From assembly GCA_963555755.3 (NCBI GenBank), contig OY820905.2, forward strand, positions 1,152,001 to 1,216,000: DNA of 64,000 bases, given 5' to 3'. Under the pieces are notes generated by a model. The model was not told where the DNA came from. It searched no databases and saw nothing but the letters and a program-made list of their open reading frames with translations. A program made the position numbers and the translations under genes. Source of the DNA: Nitrospirales bacterium (GTDB lineage: Bacteria; Nitrospirota; Nitrospiria; Nitrospirales; UBA8639). Positions 19,403-31,115 of the stretch are shown here, piece by piece; position 1 is the first letter of the stretch; each line of letters starts with the position of its first letter.

Positions 19403-19543
19403 GGGCACCTCTAAAAACCGTCCTTTTCCGCGATGGCGGCGTCAGCCGCGTGCTCAAAGCCTCATGTATTCGCCCATACACTCCGGTTTTCCGCGCGCGG
19501 CTTCCTTGCCCTCACAAAAAATGCCGGGTTTTTAGAGGTGCCC
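19403..19543. repeat. Hairpin element family D, 141 bp
   Basis: TIR gggcacctctaaaaacc / ggtttttagaggtgccc; inverted copy at 43902. Confidence 0.85.
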
Positions 19544-19753
19544 TAAATTATTCAGGCGCAGTAAAGAAACACCACTTCCTCCCAACAACCAAATTCTACC
19601 ATTTGATGGACTCACTCTTCACCCCCCTCACTAGAGAGGAAGCGATCTATGACGTAGTGAAGGGGCATGTTGAATATTTCAGGTTCATGGCCCATAAATT
19701 CTCTGGAAAAGACCGCGTGCACCAATGGGAGGAAATGTTCAAAAAAGCATGCC

Positions 19754-20971
<1,218 letters not shown>

Positions 20972-21304
20972 GTCTTTCCGAAGGGTCCGTCCAGCAAAGC
21001 AGCAGCCATTTTGACGCGCGGAGCGTACTCTTAGTACCTGAGCACGGCAAAAGGGCGACCTACCTACGCGAAGCCGCTTCAGCAGGCATGGAACCGCTGG
21101 CTTGTCAGCCGTAGCCTTGGCGAAGGTTGGCGGCTTTTTTCAACATTCCCTGAAGGAAAAAGAGTCCGTGGTCCGGATAAACGCTACCCAAGACAATGAG
21201 GTTCAAAAAGATCCAGGGAGTCAGCCGCACGATTGGACTGGGGGAAAGGAATCATCAAGAAAGATTTCGCACATCCGTATGAAATAACTGGAAGAAAATT
21301 TCCG

Positions 21305-21517
21305 CTAGGGATTTTTCTCCATGGGATAATAATACCTTTTGGGAGGTTCCGGTATCTTCCCCTTGACGTGCGACGGCTTTACCATAGGCTCGCAGGTCAC
21401 TAAGGTCGCACAACTCCATTCGTAGAATTGCACGATGAGCCAAAGCCCGAGAGGAATAACCACCGCGACAGACATCGCAAAAAATAAGGCACGCATTGGA
21501 ACCGAAAGTTTTATCAT
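21305..21517 (-). CDS. Small membrane protein
   Basis: Hydrophobic helix; plausible ATG. Confidence 0.5.
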   Translation of the reverse strand: MIKLSVPMRALFFAMSVAVVIPLGLWLIVQFYEWSCATLVTCEPMVKPSHVKGKIPEPPKRYYYPMEKNP

Positions 21518-21606
21518 GACTAGCTTTTCAAGTTAGGAGGGAATTTCAAGAATTCCGCAGTTTAGTTTTTTGCATGGAAGATTTATCAATCAACTCACTA
21601 GTCCCC

Positions 21607-21725
21607 AAGATGTTCAAAAAATCCACCCAGCAAGGCCGCAGAAACTTTGGTGCCCGGAGCGTACATCGGTACGTGAGGACAACAAAGTTCCGAGAACGCC
21701 GCTGGTGGGTTTTTTCAACATCCCG
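21607..21725. repeat. Hairpin element family C abutting the ribE stop
   Basis: gatgttcaaaaaatccacccagcaagg...aacgccgctggtgggttttttcaacatc. Confidence 0.85.
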
Positions 21726-22382
21726 TTAAAGCAACCCTCGCTTCTGCAAATAGTCCCGGTCAATAACTGGGGCCGGTGGTTTGGCTAGCTGCCCGGCATT
21801 TTGCATGAGTCGTTCCACGTACTTGCCAATCAAGTCCGATTCTATATTCACCGAATCGCCAGGTTGCTTTAGGCCCAACGTCGTCACCTTAGCGGTGTGG
21901 GGTATAACCACGACTGACACGGTTTTATCCGACACATGATTTATCGTGAGACTCACACCATCCACTGTGATGGATCCTTTTTGAATGCAATATCGAAGAA
22001 TTGATTCAGGAACCTCAAAAGTCAGAATTATGGAATTGCCATCTTGTTGCCGTTCGCGCAATATGCCCACTCCATCAACGTGTCCGGACACCAAATGCCC
22101 CCCGATTCGCTCATTCAACTTCATGGCACGTTCGAGATTCACCGCCGCCCCCGCGGCAAGCCCTCCGAGATTCGTCACATTCAACGTCTCCACAGACACA
22201 TCAACCACGAAATCGCGGTCATTAATATCCGCAGCGGTCAGACACACACCAGATACGCTGACGCTTTCCCCCAGATTCAGATCGTCTAACGTGACATCCG
22301 CAAAAATGGAAAGCCGGGCGCCACTGAGGTTTCGTTCAAAGGTTTTGACCACCCCCAGTTCCTCGACGATCCCGCTAAACAT
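21726..22382 (-). CDS. ribE: Riboflavin synthase (alpha chain)
   Basis: MFSGIVEE, VNLERA, GGHLVSGHVDG, KGSITVDGVSLT. Confidence 0.95.
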   Translation of the reverse strand: MFSGIVEELGVVKTFERNLSGARLSIFADVTLDDLNLGESVSVSGVCLTAADINDRDFVVDVSVETLNVTNLGGLAAGAAVNLERAMKLNERIGGHLVSGHVDGVGILRERQQDGNSIILTFEVPESILRYCIQKGSITVDGVSLTINHVSDKTVSVVVIPHTAKVTTLGLKQPGDSVNIESDLIGKYVERLMQNAGQLAKPPAPVIDRDYLQKRGLL

Positions 22383-22509
22383 CCTTGTCATCCTTCTTTT
22401 CAAGAAACACCATTCGTACCACCCAAATGAAGACCACCACTAACACCACCACCCCGACTGTCGCGAGCGCAGCAATCACCATATTGGCTGTGGTCATACC
22501 GTCTTCCAT
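22375..22509 (-). CDS. 44-aa single-TM protein overlapping the ribE start
   Basis: Manual translation MEDGMTTANMVIAALATVGVVVLVVVFIWVVRMVFLEKKDDKDV; below the ORF-track cutoff. Confidence 0.55.
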   Translation of the reverse strand: MEDGMTTANMVIAALATVGVVVLVVVFIWVVRMVFLEKKDDKDV

Positions 22510-22544
22510 CTATCCCAAGCACTTCTTCATGATGAGCGACCTTA

Positions 22545-22701
22545 GGGTTCGCGCCAGAATAACTTCCCCTGTTTGGGCGTCGATCCATCCCGTCTGTCGG
22601 CGTTGCTCGTCCTTTCCATACGAGGAGTATGCGCAGTCCTCGCGCCTTGTCAGACAGGTGTCTCAGCACCCAAACAGGGGAAGTTATTCTGGCGCGAACC
22701 C
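22545..22701. repeat. Family A element abutting the MFS stop
   Basis: Inverted relative to 3885; compensatory A-T to C-G change in both arms. Confidence 0.9.
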
Positions 22702-23892
22702 TCAACTCGGCTGAATTGCGGTTTGCCGAAATGTGATCATCCCAAATCCCAAAGCTGCCAGGAACTGAAGAGCCCCGATGAGCATGAAGGCTCCAGTATA
22801 ACTGATTGCGGCCACCAGCACACCCGCGAGTATTGGACCACTGGCATGGCCAATGTCCATAATGGTTCCACGCAATCCCATCCCCGCGCCAATATTTTCC
22901 GGTGCCGCCAGATCCGCGATTAACGCCGCGGATGACGAGGTAATTACGGCCTCCCCAAATCCAAACCCTGCAGCCAGAAATAACAGAGGCAGGAATTCCG
23001 TGGCATGGGGTATGCCCATGATCGTCGCCCCACAAATGACCAGACCAAGAGTGATGAGCGGTTGTCGCCCAACCTGATCCGAAATTCGACCCATGACAGG
23101 TTTGGACACAAATGACGTCAGGCCTTGAATCCCAAACAACAGGCCGCTTTCTGCCAGGCTCAAACCAAGAGACAGGGCATACAGGGGCAAGAACGCCATG
23201 AGTGTGCCATTGGCCATCATCTTGGCGGCTTCTGCCCCGCTGGTGGCCAGCATTTGTGTATTCCCAATGACGGTTTTCAACCCTTGTCGCAAATTGACCC
23301 AAACTTCCCGAGCGTCAATTCTGGTGGTCGGCGTTCCTTCCGGGTGCACAAACAAAATGGTCACATACAGGACCAACGCCAGCAGACCAAACACTCCCCC
23401 GGCGAGAAATGTCTGAGCAAACCCCACCGTATCCACGAGCCATCCACCAAGCATTGGCCCTAATAGCGCGCCTCCCTGTGCCGCCGAGGTATACCAGCCC
23501 AATGCCGCTCCACGATTCACGGGATACATCGAAGCTACAGAGGCGAGGACCAAAGGCGTAAACACCGCCGTGGCCAACCCATGGACCACCCGCAATCCAG
23601 CCAGCACATCGAGGTCGGTCACCAAAGGATACGCAAACGGCGGCAGCGCAAACGCCAACACGCCAAACAACATCAGCCGACGACGGCTCAGAATATCCGA
23701 AAGAGCACCCATCGGCAATTTGAGGAAGACTCCGGTCATTGTCGATGCCGCGACAATAAAACCCACTGCCACTGGGCCTGCGCCCAAGGTTTCGGCAAAC
23801 GGTGCCAATGCCGGCATGCGGACAAGGTTGTAACTCATGAATGAGCAAAACCCAACTCCACATAGAATGAGAAAGACAGGAGTGGGACTCAT
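22702..23892 (-). CDS. MFS transporter
   Basis: About 12 TM segments; GALSDILSRR and GRISDQVGRQ motif A. Confidence 0.9.
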   Translation of the reverse strand: MSPTPVFLILCGVGFCSFMSYNLVRMPALAPFAETLGAGPVAVGFIVAASTMTGVFLKLPMGALSDILSRRRLMLFGVLAFALPPFAYPLVTDLDVLAGLRVVHGLATAVFTPLVLASVASMYPVNRGAALGWYTSAAQGGALLGPMLGGWLVDTVGFAQTFLAGGVFGLLALVLYVTILFVHPEGTPTTRIDAREVWVNLRQGLKTVIGNTQMLATSGAEAAKMMANGTLMAFLPLYALSLGLSLAESGLLFGIQGLTSFVSKPVMGRISDQVGRQPLITLGLVICGATIMGIPHATEFLPLLFLAAGFGFGEAVITSSSAALIADLAAPENIGAGMGLRGTIMDIGHASGPILAGVLVAAISYTGAFMLIGALQFLAALGFGMITFRQTAIQPS

Positions 23893-24005
23893 CCTCGACG
23901 TCCTGACTTCAGCTCTCCTCGCAAACCCACGATAATGTATCTAATCATTCTATTCACAAAAAAGGTAATACCTGAAATTGAGTCGAGAGAACCAAGCAAG
24001 TTCTA

Positions 24006-24214
24006 GGAGCCTGCCCGAAATGAGGGGCAACACGGCATGACGCTTTGATCAGGCGGAATGAAATCTTCTGATAGGACGCTAGCACTAGGCTCAAAAACCT
24101 GTCAAACTCTTGTCCATCCTACGATTCGGTCTCACACACCTCACCATGAAACGTCCAACAGCACTCTTCATCCTCTTAGGCAGTGTGATCCCAACACTAA
24201 TTTTGCCAGACTCC
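24006..24214. repeat. Degenerate element with family B-like termini
   Basis: ctaggagcctgcccgaaat ... ctaattttgccagactcc; interior unrelated to B. Confidence 0.4.
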
Positions 24215-24224
24215 AAATCGCCTA

Positions 24225-24531
24225 GGAGCCTGTCCGAGATTAGCGATCGTCACGAGGATGTGCGGGTTTGAGTCAGATGTTTCGATCGTGTGAGGCGAAT
24301 AGTGGGACTATTCAACGAAAACAGGGAAGGTTGAAAACGGCCGTCCAGCAAGGCCGCAGGGCTTTTGGCGCGCGGAGCGTACACGGAGTACGTGAGCACG
24401 CCAAAAGCCCGAGAACGCAGCTGGCGGCCTTTTTCAACCTTCCCCGAATTCAACCTTCCCCGAAAAGGATCGGAAGATCTGGCCACATCCAGCGCCTCCG
24501 CAGTAGATCCGTCTAATCTTGGACAGGCTCC
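24225..24531. repeat. Family B with nested family C (24322-24446)
   Basis: Same composite as 3591-3881, plus a 16-bp tandem duplication of the C right end. Confidence 0.85.
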
Positions 24532-25037
24532 TAACATCACGATTGACTCGGGTAAAGAAATCGAACAGGCAACATGGTCACCGGCCCAGAGGTATACGAC
24601 CCTACTTCACAAGCTCAGAAATGGTTTCAAAGCCGACAAACACACTCCTGAATAGCCCCCTCGATCGCCTCTACCCAAAAAATCGATCTACAAAATATGG
24701 AATGTTCAACATAGTCGAACACCACCGGTTGAGAAAACCAAGAAAAAAACACTTCAAAACATCAACACCCTACCTTTATCTCAGCATTTTTATCTTGACA
24801 AAATTTAGGACTTACAAGATCATTCAATTTTCTGTAGCGGACAATCCTTTCATTTCGATGCCTGGTGTATTTTTATGCTGACCGTCTTTATCCCTACTCA
24901 TCATTCACGTGTGACAAACCCCGCGAGGGTTCCGATGAACACATATCGGTATCACCATCAGTTCTCGTGGATTGGGGGGTCTGTCATGACGTTAGAGCTG
25001 TCAATGAGTACTAAGACTGACCAAGGAGGGTCGCAGC

Positions 25038-26018
25038 ATGGAAACAGCTTTCAGCAGAAATGGACAGGTGTGGTCGATTATTCTGGCAGGAGGCGAAGGG
25101 ACGCGCCTCACGCCGATGGTCAAAAAATGGTTGGGGCAAGCCCTACCTAAACAGTACTGTGCCTTTGTTGGAACACGCAGCATGTTCCAACATACACTCG
25201 ACCGGGCACAGCAAGTGTCCTTTCCGGATCATACCGTGACCGTCATTGCACGATCGCATGGGGAATATGCACTTCCTCAATTCGGCCATCGTGCCTCCGG
25301 CACCGTTCTCATTCAACCTGAAAACCGTGATACCGCAGCAGGGATTTTCCTTCCTCTCACCTACATCCGCACCCGATCGCCCCATGCCATTGTGTCGATT
25401 TATCCTTCGGATCACTTCATTTATCCGGAAGCCCCGTTTGTTGACGCAGTCCACCAAGCCACGTGGACCGTCCAACGATTCCCTGATCGCCTGATCCTGC
25501 TTGGCATCGCGCCAGATCACACCGAATTGCAATATGGCTGGATCCAACCGGCTGAAGAACTGGAACATGTGGCTGGATATTCTGTCCGAGCGGTGGAGTC
25601 GTTTTTGGAGAAACCCACTCGCACAGAAGCTTTGGCTGCCCAGAATTCAGGAGCCCTCTGGAACACCTTTGTCATGGCCGTCAAGGCCAGTACGCTATGG
25701 GAATTGGGCTGGCGTTGCGTGCCGGAAATCATGCCGTTGTTCGACAAGCTGAGTCGGGCTATTGGCACCTCACAAGAAGGGCACATTCTTGACATGATTT
25801 ATCAGCAAATGCCCAAGAAGAATTTTTCATTTGATCTTCTACAAAAAATCCCAAACCGTATTGCAGTCATCGAAGTCAAGGGCGTGCTGTGGAGTGATTG
25901 GGGGCACCCGGAACGCGTAGTCTCTACACTTCGGAAAATTGGGAAAGCTCCAAGATTTCCAGAACATTTGGTTGGGGTTGGCGAGTCCACCCAAGCCGTG
26001 CATGAACTTAGCGGATAG
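25038..26018 (+). CDS. Mannose-1-phosphate guanylyltransferase-like nucleotidyltransferase
   Basis: IILAGGEGTRL, PKQY, PSDH, FLEKP, WSDWG; RBS aaggagg. Confidence 0.85.
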   Translation: METAFSRNGQVWSIILAGGEGTRLTPMVKKWLGQALPKQYCAFVGTRSMFQHTLDRAQQVSFPDHTVTVIARSHGEYALPQFGHRASGTVLIQPENRDTAAGIFLPLTYIRTRSPHAIVSIYPSDHFIYPEAPFVDAVHQATWTVQRFPDRLILLGIAPDHTELQYGWIQPAEELEHVAGYSVRAVESFLEKPTRTEALAAQNSGALWNTFVMAVKASTLWELGWRCVPEIMPLFDKLSRAIGTSQEGHILDMIYQQMPKKNFSFDLLQKIPNRIAVIEVKGVLWSDWGHPERVVSTLRKIGKAPRFPEHLVGVGESTQAVHELSG

Positions 26019-26051
26019 GGATTTGTGGAAATATCGAATGTAGAGATTTAG

Positions 26052-26390
26052 TTAGGCCACAGCAGATTCAAAGGCCTCTTCCTCGGTGCCGTAGATCGGA
26101 ATCATGGATGGAATATCTAAACTGTCGAGGAGGGTTTTCACATGCCCACGCGACGTCACCCAACTCATTCGCCGATGGAGCCCCGTAAACTGGACGTAGG
26201 CTAAGACCAAGAAACCTAGCCCTGCGCTATCGATATACGATAGGGATTGGAGATTAATCACAAGATGGTCTTGTTCATTCAGGCAACATTGATTCATGAT
26301 CGCTTTGAAGTTCCATCGAGCCGAAGAATCTAACCGACCGTGAAGATCCACGATCGTCGCCCCTTTGTGTCCTCTCACCACTACTTCCAT
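26052..26390 (-). CDS. STAS-domain anti-sigma factor antagonist
   Basis: GRLD...LSYIDSAGLGFL. Confidence 0.85.
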   Translation of the reverse strand: MEVVVRGHKGATIVDLHGRLDSSARWNFKAIMNQCCLNEQDHLVINLQSLSYIDSAGLGFLVLAYVQFTGLHRRMSWVTSRGHVKTLLDSLDIPSMIPIYGTEEEAFESAVA

Positions 26391-26578
26391 CAAGTGACAC
26401 CCTCCCCCCTTGGGGTATTTTGTCGGTCAATTACCTAGGGAACTTGATTAGGAAATTTACCCTAGTAGTTAAAACGTATTATTAATCTAACTCCGCGTAT
26501 CCGTTTGAAGATTTGTTCGTATTTTAGGAATCTATCTTTGTACTTCCTGTTGGATCTTGGTAAACTTTTTCTCGATTC

Positions 26579-28438
26579 ATGCCTCCTGCTATACACCCAG
26601 TCGACCTCATTCAAGTTCTTCGGTACAAACACCTCACGCCAGCTATTGTCTTTCTCACGTCCCGGCGCGCCTGCGACGAAGCTATAGACAGTTTCGACCA
26701 TCGCCATGTGCCCATCCCGCCCAAACGGACCGCTGCCATCCAACAGGTCTTGGCGCCCATCATTACGGAATACCCTAGTATTGCCCAACACCCCCTGATT
26801 CCAACCGTGGAACAATATGGAGTTGCGGCACATCACGCTGGGCACTTGCCCTCCTGGAAAATTGCCGTTGAAGAACTGATGCGCAAAGGCTGCCTTGATG
26901 CCGTCTTCGCCACCACAACCTTGGCCGCGGGCGTGGACTTTCCCGCACGAACCGTCGTCATTACACAATCGAGTGTACGCAAGGCTCGAGATTTTATGGA
27001 TTTAACTGTCAGTGAAATTCAACAACTCGCGGGACGCGGTGGACGACGAGGAAAAGACTTCGTGGGTTTTGTCGTCGTCACCCCATCACCGTACATCGAT
27101 ATCAACCACATTGCCAAAGGCTTAACGGGAAACCCCGAGCCGATCGACAGTCAATTCGTGATCTCATATCCCATGGTATTAAATTTATTGAAAGCCCACA
27201 CGATCGATCATATTCAACCAATTTTGGAAAAAAGTTTTGCCCAATACCAGCTCAACCAACGGGCCGATCATTTCGAGACCAAACTTGATGGGGTAGAGCA
27301 ACAGTTAACAGTCTATGGCCAACGAGAATGCGCTGACTGGATTACACAATGGCAATCATTTGAACTCGCAAAACGGCACCGGTCGCATCGTCACGTCAAG
27401 GTCCAACAGGAATCACCTGAAGTCCAAGCCCGCCTGGCCTTTCTGACGCCGGGACGAGTTGTAGGACTGTCACGCGAAAAAGGCATCGTGCTTCGGCAAT
27501 ACCGAAGTCGCGGCCAGGCCCATGCCATGTTGACAATCATCCGTAGCCGGGGACGCATTGTCGAATACCCAGCCGGGTCGGTGACGGAGGTGTTTGATCA
27601 AGTCATCGATATCGTGGAAACCCGATCATTCCCTTGGTGTACTGCAGAGTGTTTGGATCATGCCATTCAAGTGCTGGACGACCTACCCACACGAATGCGG
27701 CATTTGCCCATCCGAGTCGAGAGTGACACCACGGAGAATCCAATCCTCACCGAAACATTGAGCGATGAATTCCCTTGCCCCGCATGCCCCTCACGCCATG
27801 CATGCCGAAAAGACCATCCCCAAGCCTTACGCCTTCGGCAAGAAAGTCATCGCCTCACGAAATCCATTCACACGCTTCGCACTGAATTATGGCACCGCTT
27901 TCAACAACACATCGAAGTGTTGCAAAAGTTTGGGTACTTGACCGCCACCTCCCAACTCACGGCCGATGGCGACTGGGCACGCCTTATTCGGATCAACCAC
28001 TCGTTGCTGATCACGGAACTCATTCGCATGGATGCCTTCAATGGCATTGAGCCCGCACTGCTAACCGGAGTATTGGCAAGCATCGCGATTGATGATGATC
28101 GTCCAGGAGCTTTCCCACGGCGAAGTTCTGGACTGGGCTCGGTCTTGCGACAAGTGCGAACAGTGGCACATTCCCTTGCGACATACGAAGATCCTCCGCT
28201 TCTGCGTTCCGACATTGCCGCGGTGGCGGAACTGTGGGTGGGCGAACCAAACCTACCCTGGAGCAATTTGATTCGCATGACGTCCATGGCCGAAGGGGAT
28301 ATTTATCGCCTACTCGCTCGTACGCTGGAATATCTTTCCCAAGTGTACAGTCTGAAAGCCACACACCCCGGCCTCGCGAACATTGCCGATCAAGCCATGA
28401 ATCTCATGCGACGAGATATCTTGGAGGAATTGCCGTGA
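26579..28438 (+). CDS. Ski2/HelY-like helicase, C-terminal half (RecA2 and downstream domains)
   Basis: PAIVFLTSRRACD, HHAG, ATTTLAAGVDFPARTVV, QLAGRGGRRG, EGDIYR; no Walker A. Confidence 0.85.
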   Translation: MPPAIHPVDLIQVLRYKHLTPAIVFLTSRRACDEAIDSFDHRHVPIPPKRTAAIQQVLAPIITEYPSIAQHPLIPTVEQYGVAAHHAGHLPSWKIAVEELMRKGCLDAVFATTTLAAGVDFPARTVVITQSSVRKARDFMDLTVSEIQQLAGRGGRRGKDFVGFVVVTPSPYIDINHIAKGLTGNPEPIDSQFVISYPMVLNLLKAHTIDHIQPILEKSFAQYQLNQRADHFETKLDGVEQQLTVYGQRECADWITQWQSFELAKRHRSHRHVKVQQESPEVQARLAFLTPGRVVGLSREKGIVLRQYRSRGQAHAMLTIIRSRGRIVEYPAGSVTEVFDQVIDIVETRSFPWCTAECLDHAIQVLDDLPTRMRHLPIRVESDTTENPILTETLSDEFPCPACPSRHACRKDHPQALRLRQESHRLTKSIHTLRTELWHRFQQHIEVLQKFGYLTATSQLTADGDWARLIRINHSLLITELIRMDAFNGIEPALLTGVLASIAIDDDRPGAFPRRSSGLGSVLRQVRTVAHSLATYEDPPLLRSDIAAVAELWVGEPNLPWSNLIRMTSMAEGDIYRLLARTLEYLSQVYSLKATHPGLANIADQAMNLMRRDILEELP

Positions 28439-28532
28439 GTGTAAATGAACGATTACCTCATGTAGATAAGGATAAGGACAAGGACTCTGTAACCTCCCTC
28501 GCCCATTTGGAAAGAAGTAACACATTGCGATC

Positions 28533-29600
28533 ATGACAAACGACGAACTCTTGCAACATCTCAACGATCAATCAGTGAGACTTCTCCATCGATTAGCCAA
28601 AGGACGGGTGCCTCGCTATTTTCGAATGGGCAAACACCGCCTCATCCAAACATTGCTCGAACTCACCCCGGACCACCGGGCCCAACTTGTTATCGACATG
28701 GAAGAGTTAATCCACGCAGCCGCTCAAACAAAACCGACTGGGAAACGACCGGCAGAATCAAAACCGCAAGAACCCCCCACACAACCAAAATTGCCTGCCA
28801 CCTCAAAACATCGTTCGACCGAACATCCACCAGAACCAGCAATCACCATCAGCGCCTTTCTCCAAGGCATTGGCGTCCCGACAACCCAAACATTTACGCC
28901 TGATCAATGGCAAGAAGAAGCCATTGACCATTTAGCCACCTGCGATGTTATTGTCAGTGTGCCAACCGGCAGTGGAAAAACTTATGTGGCCATCGAAGCC
29001 ATGCGCCGGGCTATGGAATCTGATCGAACCGTCATCTATACCTCACCGCTCAAAGCGTTATCCAACACCAAGCTCACCGAGTTTTCACAGATTTTTGGTG
29101 CTGATCAAGTCGGCATTCTTACTGGCGATCGTCGTTACAACCCGCACGCTCCAATCCTGATCATGACGACGGAGATTCTTCGAAATTTGCTATACGACGC
29201 AGCAAGTGGCGAGATCGACCTTCGCCTGGATACGTTAGGCTTGGTCATCTTGGACGAATCGCAGTTTATCGCTGATCCCGAACGCGGCGTGGTATGGGAA
29301 GAGACGATCATCTTTTGTCCATCGCAATCACGGCTGCTCCTACTCTCGGCCTCAATCGGCAACCCCGATGAAATCGCCACGTGGATCAGTTCAATTCGAT
29401 CGACACCCTGCCAGGTCATCCACCATCGCAATCGATCCGTCCCTCTTCGCGCAGCCTACCTCGATCCAGTCGGCAAACTCTCCCCACTCTTCCGCACCAG
29501 AGACATCACCCACGGCAAAGGATTCACCCTCCACCCCGAAACCAAACGCCTCTTCACCGACTACGAAAACCAAACTCTCGGGCCGCGCTATCGGCGATAA
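28533..29600 (+). CDS. Ski2/HelY-like helicase, N-terminal half (RecA1)
   Basis: PTGSGKT, SPLKALSN, MTTEILRN, LDESQ, RGVVWEE, LLSAS. Confidence 0.85.
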   Translation: MTNDELLQHLNDQSVRLLHRLAKGRVPRYFRMGKHRLIQTLLELTPDHRAQLVIDMEELIHAAAQTKPTGKRPAESKPQEPPTQPKLPATSKHRSTEHPPEPAITISAFLQGIGVPTTQTFTPDQWQEEAIDHLATCDVIVSVPTGSGKTYVAIEAMRRAMESDRTVIYTSPLKALSNTKLTEFSQIFGADQVGILTGDRRYNPHAPILIMTTEILRNLLYDAASGEIDLRLDTLGLVILDESQFIADPERGVVWEETIIFCPSQSRLLLLSASIGNPDEIATWISSIRSTPCQVIHHRNRSVPLRAAYLDPVGKLSPLFRTRDITHGKGFTLHPETKRLFTDYENQTLGPRYRR

Positions 29601-29674
29601 TATATTCCTAAGGCATACGGTCTTCTATAAATGAATTCTACCGTTCACAAAATAAAGTTATTTTCACCAGGCAA

Positions 29675-30742
29675 ATGTCAACAACCAACCAAGATCGAGT
29701 CAACGGATTGAACAACGAATCGATCAAAGATATTTACTTAGATGAAGAACTTCGAACTTCAATCAGATTGATTGAGTTAGGGTTTGGCGAATTACAAAAT
29801 TTAGATATGGCAAATGATTTTCATTTTCTGCCTTTTCAATTGCTTTCAAGTGGATTTGAACGTCTAATGAAATGCCATATTTGCTTAGGACATTTCGAGG
29901 CACACAGCGCATATCCTAAGACTAAGGAATTAAAGAGTTATGGTCATAACCTAACCGTGCTTAAAAATTCGATTTTAGCTTCGTTTTTTTCGGTACATGA
30001 TATACCTGCATTGCAGGAGGACATGGAGCTTCTAAAGCAGAACAATGAACTGGACCAATTGATCTCCTTGTTATCTGATTTTGGGGTAAATGCCAGATAT
30101 CATAATTTAGACCTTATTACGGAAAATAAAAAACCAAGCCAAGATGTAAAAAGGCGATGGGAGGAGTTTGAAAGCGACCTTCTAAATTCGCATCCTCATC
30201 TACTAGACAAATTAGGAAATACCGAAACTGCGCCCGAAGTCTTGGGTTTCATTACCCGGGCAATTATCATCAAATTAGAGAGATTCACCAGAGCACTTTG
30301 CAGACAATTCACAATGGGAAAACTTGGAAAGAAAGCTCTTCAATATTCATCCACTTTACATCAGTTCATATTGCTCGAAGACAGTAAACTAGGCAAGCGA
30401 GACTACAGAAAAGAGACAACCAATTTTCAAGCAAAAGAAAATCGTGTTCATTCACGAACCATTCTTGATGAGCTCCAAAGAAGAACAAATCCAAATTACA
30501 AACATGCAGTAATAACAAAAGAGGATTTCGCTGGAGAATGGCCATTTTACCATGAAGAAGTCATTATCGAATGCAGAGAAAAACATTGGTGTGTCATCAC
30601 TATAGATAATAAAGACTATGCCTTGAATGGAAGTGCCCATGGCAGATACAAGCTAGAATTTCCTAGGGAAGCAGGAATGTCAATTCCAGGAATATCAATT
30701 AACCCATTCATTGATATGGCATTAAAGCTGAAAAAAAATTGA
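29675..30742 (+). CDS. Low-GC hypothetical protein, probably horizontally acquired
   Basis: 355-aa ORF, markedly AT-rich; family not confidently recognised. Confidence 0.75.
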   Translation: MSTTNQDRVNGLNNESIKDIYLDEELRTSIRLIELGFGELQNLDMANDFHFLPFQLLSSGFERLMKCHICLGHFEAHSAYPKTKELKSYGHNLTVLKNSILASFFSVHDIPALQEDMELLKQNNELDQLISLLSDFGVNARYHNLDLITENKKPSQDVKRRWEEFESDLLNSHPHLLDKLGNTETAPEVLGFITRAIIIKLERFTRALCRQFTMGKLGKKALQYSSTLHQFILLEDSKLGKRDYRKETTNFQAKENRVHSRTILDELQRRTNPNYKHAVITKEDFAGEWPFYHEEVIIECREKHWCVITIDNKDYALNGSAHGRYKLEFPREAGMSIPGISINPFIDMALKLKKN

Positions 30743-30764
30743 TTAGGATATTAAATAGTTGAAA

Positions 30765-30968
30765 ATTTTCATCTCGCCGTCCCACGCGTTGGGTGCGGCG
30801 GAGCCTCCGCCCCGAATCGGCTTCTCGGCGAGGGCTGTTTGAGCAGAGCGAGTTCCCGAGCCATCTTGGTTCGGGGCGGAGGCACCCGTAGGGCCGCGCA
30901 CGGGCGAAAATGGTTTTGGGTCCTTTTGCCGAAACAAAAGGGCCTCGTCTGCAGGGGCGAAACCCTGC
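30765..30968 (+). repeat. Structured repeat family F, second copy
   Basis: Homologous to 16651-16854. Confidence 0.75.
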
Positions 30969-31100
30969 TAAGATTAAGTCTTAGCCCCCCCCACTTCGCA
31001 AGTGCCATATAATTTTGAGTAATTAGCAATCCAGGAAAATGTTCCTGCCACCTTATAACTTTTCTCGGCCTGTTCCGTTATTTCACTTAGGGTGGTAACG

Positions 31101-31109
31101 TGCTATAAT
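31101..31109 (+). promoter_or_regulatory. Extended -10 promoter, probable leaderless TA mRNA
   Basis: TGCTATAAT ending 6 nt before ATG 31116; no RBS. Confidence 0.55.
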
Positions 31110-31115
31110 TTCCTT

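Noticed and set aside
22400..23863. Long alternative-frame and antisense ORFs over the MFS, acs, gat and nuo genes
   Set aside because: Shadow ORFs of well-supported genes, with no recognisable motifs
24911..24987. c-di-GMP-I riboswitch
   Set aside because: Only the aaacc..cgcgaggg fragment resembles it; the full consensus is not evident
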